Below are positions 12,158 through 21,800 of a DNA stretch of 64,000 bases, piece by piece. A program made the translations under genes and the position numbers. Positions within the stretch are counted from its first letter, which is position 1, and the number at the start of each line of letters is the position of its first letter. The notes under the pieces were generated by a model. The model had not been told where the DNA came from. It worked only from the letters and a program-made list of their open reading frames with translations, and did no database searches. Source of the DNA: Podarcis gaigeae (taxonomy: Eukaryota); the NCBI GenBank assembly GCA_964106915.2, contig OZ066915.1. One strand, given 5' to 3'.

Positions 12158-12905
12158 AGGAACATAAGATGCTGGACCAGACCAAAGGCCCACCTGTTCT
12201 CACAGTGACCAATGAGATGCCTCTGGGAAGTCCACAAGCAGGACATTAGCACAATAGCACTCTTCTCCACTTGTGCTCCTTAGCAATTCGTATTCAAAGG
12301 CATACCACCTCATGATACTGGAGGCAAAAAAGGCTATTACATTGATAGAAAAATTATGGAGAATAAATTATGGAGAATAAGGCGAAGTTAACTCTTAAAG
12401 TCATCCAAGTTGGTGGCCATTGCTACATCATACAGTAGCTAATTCCACAGTAGCTAATTCCACCCTTTTTGTAAATTGAAAAGCCCCAAGTGAAGTAAGC
12501 TTTCTGCATAGAGGAGTTGTTCTAGCCCCTTGATCTTATTGGTTGCTCTTTTCTGCATCTTTTCCAGCTCTGCAGTATCATCTTTGAGAAGAGCAGAATT
12601 TCAAGTACAACACACAAGATTTACACTTTCACTGAGCTATCCACCACAACCCCAAATATATTTCCTGCTCACTCACCACCAGTTCAGTGTATATGAGAAA
12701 TTAGGGTGCTGTTGTTTTTTTGCTCTAATATACATCACTTTACACTTGATTACACTGAATTACATTCACCATTTTAATGTCTATCCAGTCTGAAGAGATG
12801 GTCGAAAGTTCCTAACAATACATTTTTTCGTTTTTACCAGCCTACACAGTTTGCTGTCATCAGCAAAGTTGTTGACCTCATTGCTCGCCACCAGCTCAAG
12901 ACTGA
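12158..12905 (-). mobile_element. Degenerate CR1 LINE fragment
   Basis: 3' end motif ggaacataagatgctggaccagaccaaaggccc resembles the reverse complement of the 17.7-17.84 kb CR1 end; the - strand at ~12855-12870 encodes NFADDS (RT FADD). Confidence 0.7.
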
Positions 12906-13972
12906 ATATCTTAATTGGTACCCCTAGACAAAGCTACTCAGAGCTTTTCTTCTCTTGTCTTTTCAAATTAAAAACCAAAACAAATCCAGCCTTTAGCCCT
13001 CCTAGAAAGTAAGTTATGAAGCAAAATAGGCAGGTACCCAGTTTCTGTCAAATGAGCCAACCTGGCTACTCCTGCCAGTCAGTATTTTTAGCCAATGAGT
13101 GAAGTCAAAGCTGTGATTGATAAGTGATTTGTTTGAAAACCAGCAATACGAATTCCTGGAGTCGGCAGGATCCGCTGTTTCTCCGTCTCATGTTTGAAAA
13201 GCAGTATTCAAAAATAAAATTATTGCCAAGCATAAGCAAAACACACTTGCCAAGCCAACACATCACACCTCCATGTCACTTCATGTTCCTAATTGTGAAA
13301 GTGCTTGATGAAGAAGAAAGGGAGGAAATCGTTTCCTAAGCACAGTGAATCACAAATGAAACACCAGAACAGAAATTGTACTGTATATGGTAGTACTGTG
13401 TGTATGCCAGTGTGTTATTGAAACCAGTAATGTCCTTTGATTATATATGCCTTATGAAAAATCTGCGGTCTGAGCACTTGAAGGTTTATTCCTCAGCACA
13501 TTGTCTTAAGCACAGCAACATGTGAAGCATACTGTTATAGGTCTGTAGGTGCTAAATGCCCGGGTTTAATATATGTTGGAATATAATAAGAACTGGGATG
13601 TGAAAATGGCATGTCAGGCCCTTGTGTCTTAAAATGTGTATTAGGTTCTGCAGACACACTTTAAAGCTCCTGACATTAACATGTGAAAAGCTTAATGAAG
13701 GCAGACCCTGTGTGCTAAGTGGGTGCCAGCCATGGCTAACCCTGGAGAATCAACAAGTATAAAAGTTAATTAACAGGTAATTTCCTTGTGAGGTGAATGC
13801 CTGGGGACAAGCCATTTAGGCAACACAAAGGGGTGAAAAGGTAAGCCTCATTTGCAAATGTGTGGGCCTGGGCTGGATTTAGGTTTGATGAGGCCCTAAG
13901 CTACTGAAGGTAATGGGGCCCTTTATATGTCCAGCTGTCCTTTGTCAACAACAAATTGTTGCTGTTTTTTGT

Positions 13973-14003
13973 TTCAGGTAGTACCTGTGTTGGTCTGATG
14001 CTG

Positions 14004-14057
<54 letters not shown>

Positions 14058-14212
14058 CAGCATATATATATATATATATATATATATTTAATGTCCAGTA
14101 GCACCTTAGAGGCCAACTACCAGTAAGTTAGCTCAGGATATAAGCTTTTGTGTGCATGCACACTTCTTCAGACTTAACTGTCAGGGGTCCTTTACCTTTA
14201 AGGTGCAACTGG
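13973..14212. mobile_element. Chimeric insert: Penelope-like fragment + (TA)n palindrome + Sauria SINE 3' tail
   Basis: Bounded by the 12-bp direct repeat GCTGTTTTTTGT (13961-13972, 14213-14224). Shares gtgttggtctg / tccagtagcacctta / gtgtgcatgcacacttcttcag with 24509-24644; gtcaggggtcctttaccttta matches the 46.66 kb SINE tail. Confidence 0.7.
13998..14088. repeat. (TA)n microsatellite with 66-bp perfect palindrome
   Basis: ATGCTGACAA(TA)23TTGTCAGCAT at 13998-14063, followed by a second (AT)n run. Confidence 0.92.
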
Positions 14213-14293
14213 GCTGTTTTTTGTGTTGAATATATGCTATATGGTAATTTATGGACCTAATAGGTATCTAAAGTCATTTGCACAGAACAAATA

Positions 14294-14452
14294 CAGGTAC
14301 CTCGGGTTACAAACACCTGCTAACCCAAAAGTAGTACCTCGGGTTAAGAACTTTACCTCAGGATGAGAACTGAAATTGTGCGGTGGCAGCGGGAGGCCCC
14401 ATTAGCTAAAGTGGTACCTCAGTTTAAGAACAGTTTCAGCTTAAGAACGGAC
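14294..14452. mobile_element. TcMar-Tigger-like MITE fragment
   Basis: TA-CAGGTACCTCGGGTTAC start and repeated GTACCTCGGGTTAAGAAC; related to 62620-62773. Confidence 0.65.
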
Positions 14453-14679
14453 ACAAAACACTGTTGCTGTATGTAGGTGTTATTTTGTTTTTTTATCTTA
14501 TATTTTGGAAATGTACATCCAGTTCCCCTCCCCTTTAATTCCCTCCCTCCAGAGAGTGGGGCTCTAAACTATAGTTTGTTTAGCTTATACGTAAATCCGG
14601 CACTGGCCGTGCCTCATTCTCGAAGGAAAGACTACCTCTGGAATAAGAAGCACGTCTGCAACCCCTGGAATGGTGGTGA

Positions 14680-15860
14680 CTTTACTGGGGGCTGCGTTGC
14701 CCCACGTCCAACGGGCCTTTTGCCTCCTCGTAACCCCATTAGGATCCCTTACCTCTCTTGCAAGGGCAGCGAAGGCGACACGCGATGGAGACCGTGAGAG
14801 GCGCGAGAAGAGAGCGCAGTCCGTCGCCCACCTTTCCCGGTGGCGCCAGCCAGGTGAGAGTCGGGCTGCTGATCGTTAGCTTGGTACTCCGCCGGGCGGC
14901 CTGCCTTGAGCGACGCGCTCTGCGCTCGCAAAGAGGGGGACGGACGTAGCAGGCTGGGGAATGGAAAGAGCCAAGCCGAGAAAGGCGGCGGCGGCCGGCG
15001 CTCGACAATTCGGCTCTCCTCCGGTCAGCCTGGGAGGGCTCATTGGACGCGCTCGGTGCTCGGCGCGGCGCCTGTCTAGTCCGGAAGGAATCGTGGCGCT
15101 GCCGCCCCCTCAGGCCAGTGACCCTCCCCCGATGGTGTGAAGGACCCCCCCCCCCACGTCCGCGGCAGCGGCCTTCCCCGGAGTCCGGCGCCATGAACCT
15201 GCTCCCAGCCAACCCGCACGGGAATGGGTTGCTGTTCGCCGGTTTCAACCAGGACCACGGTAAAGACCCTCGCGGGGCGCCGGGGGTGGAGAGTGGGAGT
15301 CAGGGGTCCGCCCGCGGGGGAGGCGTTCGGGCTTGGCGGGTTCCTTTCCTCCCCCGTGTTCAGCGTCTATAATGAGGCGAGGTTGGGAGAGGCGAAAGTT
15401 GAGTTTCTCGCCCCCACCCAAATAATTCCAGGCCTTCCGACAGAAGGGAGGCGCAGGTCTCGAACCCGCGGCCAGCCTAGACGGATGCCTGGGCACAAAA
15501 AAGGGCGGGCGGGGAGGAGGGCTTTACCTTCCCTTCTTGGGGCGAAGAGAGGGGGCTGCCCTCTCCGGGCTCAGACACATATCCTCTTTCCTCCCAGCAG
15601 CTTGCCTTTGTCCCTTAAGTTTGCGTTGCTTGCCACTCTCTGTTAACGTTGATGGGTGCCCATACTTTCCCCTTTGGCCTCGTCTCTCCCCTTTCCATTT
15701 TCCGGCCTCTGGTTAGCGCGCTTGGGTGTTTATGGGGCGCAATCGGAGTCTGGTGTTTTGCAAAATGCGCGGGGAGGATCGGCCTCTGCCCAGAGACACC
15801 AAGACAGGGGAGGCAGTTGCTTCCATTCTCCTCCTTGCCTTCTCAGGCTTCCACGCGGAG
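14680..15860. promoter_or_regulatory. CpG island / WDR45B promoter
   Basis: Abrupt GC- and CpG-rich stretch spanning exon 1; inverted CCAAT (ATTGG ~15042), ETS-type CCGGAA at 15081, GGGCGG boxes. Confidence 0.85.
15193..15259 (+). CDS. WDR45B: WDR45B exon 1 (coding part)
   Basis: ggcgccATGaac Kozak-like start; [22 protein letters not shown]; donor G|gtaaag. Confidence 0.94.
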
Positions 15861-18800
15861 CCTTGTTTTGTCCTAATACAACAGTGCTTGGCCCAGCCCA
15901 GATGCTTTACCTCTTGTACATTGCCTCATCCTGTTTTCCTTTAGTCTTTCTCTTTAAAAACCTGCATATATTGAGCTCCTTGTTGGGCATGAGTGTCAGG
16001 CTTGCTCTCCTACTCAATGCCATTTTCACTGCAACTGATGCATAATTCAACAGTTCCCACAAGCAGATGCCAAAGCTGGACTTAGGGCTAAGATGTGTGT
16101 TTTGGCCCAGTTGTGCACTGAATCATTCTCTTCCTCAGATTGCTTTGCTTGAATTCTCATCAAACTGCAGCTCTTTGAGAGGTAGCTGCTTTCTTGGGCA
16201 TATGAATTTGCATGCAGAATTGAATGTCCTGAACAGTTTTATTGCTTTTAATCAAAGGGCACATAGCAGCAACATTATGACCTGCAACATCTCTTCTGTG
16301 TCCCACTCACAGTAAAGAAGCAAAATTTCTAGATACCCTAAATGACTGTGCCAAATGACTGGAACCAACTAGAAAGTAAGCAACCCTGAGGTTAATCTTG
16401 AGTAGCGCCCAGAACCTGATGCAAGATGTAATTGTTGTCATGCCAGTTGGGAGCAGTGACCATAGCACTATTAAATTAAATGTGCTTTGATTTCAAAACA
16501 GGAAACTTCCCCAAAGGGAGGAACTTGGTAAAAAGGAAGTTGAAAGGCAAAGTCAAGTGGGTTGGATCACTCCAAATTGCTGGGGACTTGTTTAAAAATG
16601 CAATATTAGAAACTCAGCTGGCGTGTACACCATAGATGGCAAAAAGTATCATGAGGGCCAAGAGAATGCCAGTTTGGTAATGTGCAGAGTCAAAGAAGCC
16701 GTTAGAGGCAAGAAGGCTTCCTTTAACAAAAGGAAGTCTTGTCCAAATGGAAGAGAACAAAAAGGAACCCAAAATGGAGTCTCCCAAGAATGGTTATTGG
16801 TGTTTATGCTTTATAACTTGTTCACAAATGATCAAGAGTTAGGAAGGGGTGAGCAGTGAAGTGCCCACATTTATTGATGATACTGAATTGTTAAGGGTCT
16901 TTAAAATGAAAACAGATTGTGAAGAGCTCCAAAAGTACCTTTCCAAATTGAATGAATGGTTGGTAAAATGGCAAATGCAACTCATTGTAAATGAATTGTT
17001 AGCACTGGGAACAATAATTTTACATATACGTTCATGGGCTTTGAACTAGTGGTGACTGACCAGGAATGAGACTTTGGGTAATAGTGGATGTCAGCGCAGT
17101 GTGCAGCAATTGTGAAAAAAGCCACATTCCATGCTAGGGGGGCATTAGAAAAGGAACTGAAAATAAAACTGCCAATGTCACAATGACATACAAATCTGTG
17201 GTACAACCACATTTGGAAAATTGTGTAGTACAGTTCTGGTCAGCTCACCTCAAAAAAGGATATTGTAAAGTTGGGAAAGATTCAGAAAAGTGCAACCAAA
17301 ATGATAAGGGGAATGGATCTTCAAGGGAAGGTTGCAGTGTTTGAGGCTTCTTAGTTTAGAGAAAAGGTGAATCAGAGGTGACATAGAAGTCTATAAAATT
17401 ATGCATGGCATGGAGAGAATGGACAGAAAAGCCCCCCCCCCCACTAGAACTGGTGGACCTCTAATGAAGCTGAATGTTGGAAGATTCAGAACTGATGAGA
17501 GAAAGTACTTCTTCACGCAGTACATCGTTAATATGTGGAACTCACTTCAAGAGGAGGCAGTGATGTCCACCAACTTTTGGATGGCTTTAAAAGAGGATTG
17601 GACAAATTCATGGAGGATAAGGCTATCAATGGCTACTAGCCATGATAACTGTTTCCCCAGTCGGAGGCAGTAATGTTTCTGAATACCAGTTACTGGAAAG
17701 CACTAGAGGGAAGAGTGCTTCTGAGCTCGGGTCCTGCTTTTGAGTTTTCCACAGGCATCTGGGTGGCCGCTGAAGTACAGGACGATGGACTTGATGGAGC
17801 ATTGGCTTGATCCAGCAGGCAGTTCTTATGTTCTTACAATTATCCCTAGTTAGTAGCAATCACAAATAGTTTGTCATTTTAATTTGTTAGGAAAGCTAGT
17901 TCAAATTGAGTGACTACACCAGTTATGTGCTTGCAAATTGAGGAGTGTCCTATGTTTATTGTGCTCCTGTTTGTTTCATAATTGTTTTTCTAAGAAAATC
18001 ACACTTGTTTAGGTGCACATTTAACATTTCATGTGTTCCCCTAAAAATACAGTGTGTGAGGCATCCCAAATTGATGTGGCCCTTAGTGAATGAGTTAGGA
18101 AAAATAGTCATCCTAGCTAGTGTTCTTTTTTTTCTGCCAAGAAAATAGGGTATGACTCACTAGAGTAACACAAGTTAGGGATCAACTTCCTTGTAGTAAA
18201 CCTCACCCAAGAAAAGCTTATGCTTTGCTGTTCTTTACCTTGAAAATATTTTATTGCAGTAATCTGAGTAGTCACTTCAGTGGAGTTTCATAGAATATGT
18301 AAGCTAGTAAAATGTTCATTCTATTTGCATCAGAAACTTTATATCATGTGGGTTGTATGGGCTACACCTACAGGATGCAGTTTCCTAGGGTGTTTGTTTA
18401 TAGGCTAGTAGAGTTGTTGGAATTCCAGCTTTTATCTTGGCAACAAATTCAGATGTGCTGGTTTTGACTTATAAAGCCTTAAACAGCTCAGGACTGCAGT
18501 ACCTCAGGGACCACCTCTCCCCGCATGAAATTATTTGACTCCTGCAATCATCACCCGAGGCCCTTCTTTGGGTGCCTCCCCCACAAGAGGTCTGAAAGGT
18601 ATCAACACAAGAACGGGCGTTTTATGTGGTGGCTCATAAATTCAAGGTTCATTCTAAACCATTATAATGAATAAAGTTTTAAACTGGCTGAAAGGAAAAA
18701 AATATTTAGATTGATGTACTTGATTGTGCTTCTTGGTAAACAAATAAATGGGGAAAATAATATGCAGTTACTATAAATGCTGAAGTAGAAGAACAGAAGG

Positions 18801-21800
18801 GGGCGGGGAAAGGGAAGACACATTTTTCTCAATAACTGGCATCGACTACAAGAAATAGGAAATGTGTGGTTGATAGAGCTCTCAATTTAAGCCTGTTGTG
18901 GGCCAGCCTGTTCAAAAACAAATTATACTTGGCAGAATGAGGACTCCCTAATCCCTATAAACAGCTGTGCAGGTTTGATCCTAAATAGCCAAGAAAATAC
19001 ATCAGGTTCCAGGCATCTTTATAGCTTTTAGTGCCAATTGCTTTTCTAAAATGTTCACAAATCCATTCTACTGCCATGGACACAACTGAATCACTGTAAT
19101 GCATTGGATCTGTACTTGCAGTTAGATTCCTGTATTGCCTGTTGTGACTAAGAGCATCTCTGGCAGGGAAGAGTCTTACTTGACCCTCTTAATGGGAGAT
19201 GTCTGGGACTTCTGTACAAAGAGCATGTGCTACTACTGAGCTGTTTTTTTCCTGTTGATACAGAGCATATATACTTGAAGTAGTAATCCTCTTCCTTTTT
19301 AGGGTGCTTTGCATGTGGGATGGAAAATGGATTTAGAGTGTTTAATGCAGATCCGCTCAAAGAGAAGGAGAAACAAGGTGAGATTCTTCCTCAATATACA
19401 TAGTTGTTCTGCTGTGCCTTTTTTAAAATCTTAAACCACGTGCTGTGCAATCCTATACCCTCAAGTAACTGTGCATAGAACAGAGACTTCACTTGCCAGA
19501 ATTTGAGTACAATTTTTAAAAACTTTGATCCAGTATAATATTGCTGTGTCCATAATGTGTGGTCAGAAGAAGGCTCTGAGCAAGCTTTTCTGATGATGAA
19601 GCATTGTCTTGAAACGAGGCACTCCAGGAGTAAAAAGTAAAAGAGGACTGACATCAGCTGCATTTTAACTTGGAGTCTTTGGAGAGAATCCTCTCGATAC
19701 ACAAAGATGTTACAGCATTAATAAACTTTTCTTTGCCTTGAGTGTTTAATTAAAAATGTCCCTTTTCCCTCTCCAGAATTTCTAGAAGGAGGCGTTGGCC
19801 ATGTTGAAATGTTGTTTCGCTGCAATTATTTAGCTTTGGTTGGTGGAGGGAAAAAACCCAAATACCCACCTAATAAAGGTAAAGTATTGAGCAGTAAGTA
19901 AGCAATAGCTTAGGGCTGAGTTCAGCACTGAACATTTCCAAGCAGCTTTAATGTAACTGGTGTTCAAGCAGATTTTATCGAAAACCTCCTGGGTAGTTTA
20001 AAATTTGAATAAATGTGGACTTAGCTGTCACCCTTCTCGAGTTGTGCAATGAGGTATCATTCCTTTTAATGCCAGGTGCTAGCTAGAGCAATCTGTGGCC
20101 TATTGTTTCCCTGTATTCAGGATAATTTGTGTTTTTCCAGATGGTCAAAGGACAAACAGATTTTGATAAGCAGCCATGATACTGCACTCCCACATAAACA
20201 GGAATAAAAAGCTATTGGCAGTAGCAGGTGGGGAGGGTGAAGAAGAGGGTAGACTAAGCTTCAGAATGCCATCATATAAGACTTGTTTGGATGTAGCTGA
20301 TGCTTCTATTTTCTCCTGCCCCAAACCAATTGTAACTGAATGCTAACTGTACAATGTCTAATTTTGACGATCTAAACTTGGGGTATGGTTTTTGTTTTTT
20401 TGCCAAGTGAACCAGTGCAGACTGGGTAGTCTGGGATGCAGTAGTTCCTCATGTAGCTAGACTTCCAAAGTGGCATCTCTGGAAGCACTTTGTAAGATTG
20501 CAGGGTGTTACTTTAAGACTAATAAGGCCATTTCCATTTCTGCAGTGATGATCTGGGATGATCTGAAAAAGAAGACCGTTATCGAAATAGAATTTTCCAC
20601 AGAAGTCAAAGCAGTTAAGCTGCGAAGAGATAGGTGAGTCTGGTCACACTCTGTTGTATGGAGAACTCCTTCTGTTTTTTCCCCAGTTTGGAGTTGGACC
20701 AATGTAGCTGGACATGATGCTAATTGGCCTGCCATTGCCTTCTCTTTCAGAATTGTGGTAGTTCTGGACTCTATGATTAAGGTTTTCACATTCACGCACA
20801 ACCCTCACCAGTTGCACGTCTTCGAAACCTGCTACAATCCTAAAGGTAAGTGTTATTCACTACATAAAGTGTAAGAGGAACAAAGAAAGATCCTGTGCTG
20901 TTCTTCTGTTTGCTATTGTACTCATGATAACTGATGCTGTCTATTTTGCACACCCTAGGACTTAACTGTATAAAAAAACTACTTGGACCTTTCTCATGCT
21001 TTGCAAGTGCTGTGATGCTGAGCCATAGCATCCTTGTCATCCCCATTAAGTGCAGTGGAAAACCATTTGTCTTCCATCTTCCCATAGTTTTCACGTTGGA
21101 TTTGGAAAAAAGAAAAAACATTGTTGGGAAATGCATTGTTGGAACATGGCATTTCAGGGCTAATTGTCAATTTTGGGTGGGAGTCAACGGTATGCTATGA
21201 TTAACATTCCATCACTGCGAGCATTGCAGTTTGTCCAACAAAACAGTTTCCCATCTCCTCCCCTGTGTACTGTTCTGAGGGTTCTCCCAATCACCTTGAG
21301 CCAATTCTGAGAGCCATGGAAGCAGGAGAAGGGGGGAAAGCCCTATTGCGCAAACGGAAGCCCTATTGCAGGGTTTGTGCTGATGGGACTCATTCGGTAA
21401 ATCCTGCCTTTTGCTTATACAGACATTGAGACTCATGGCTATGTGGTAGCATGAAGCTTCCTAGCTTGCTTTTTTGAGTGCTCCAAGTACTCTCAAAACT
21501 TATTTTCAGATGGAAGGTGGGGAGGACAGAGATGGTGGTAAAAATGCCTATTCCTCAATACTTTAAATTGTATTTCAGGTCTTTGTGTCCTGTGCCCAAA
21601 CAGTAATAATTCCCTACTTGCATTCCCTGGAACACATACTGGACATGTGCAGATAGTGGACCTGGCAAATACAGAGAAACCTCCTGTAGATATACCAGCT
21701 CATGAAGGGGTATTGAGTTGCATAGCTCTTAATCTACAGGGAACAAGAATTGCCACAGCATCAGAAAAAGTAAGTCAATGATTTTACTCCACAGTTGGCT

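Larger units (their letters stand above)
13868..14605. mobile_element. hAT-like non-autonomous DNA transposon hosting nested insertions
   Basis: Imperfect TIRs CTGGGCTGGATTTA / TAAATCCGGCACTG; interrupted at 13973-14212 and ~14294-14452; 8-bp TSD not preserved. Confidence 0.55.

Noticed and set aside
14477-16045. Cluster of ORFs around WDR45B exon 1
   Set aside because: GC-rich promoter artefacts; only 15193-15259 belongs to a recognisable protein.
19593-19651. Box C/D snoRNA (ATGATGA ... CTGA) in WDR45B intron 2
   Set aside because: No terminal stem in the correct kink-turn register, no recognisable rRNA antisense element, and rather far (~125 nt) from the 3' splice site.
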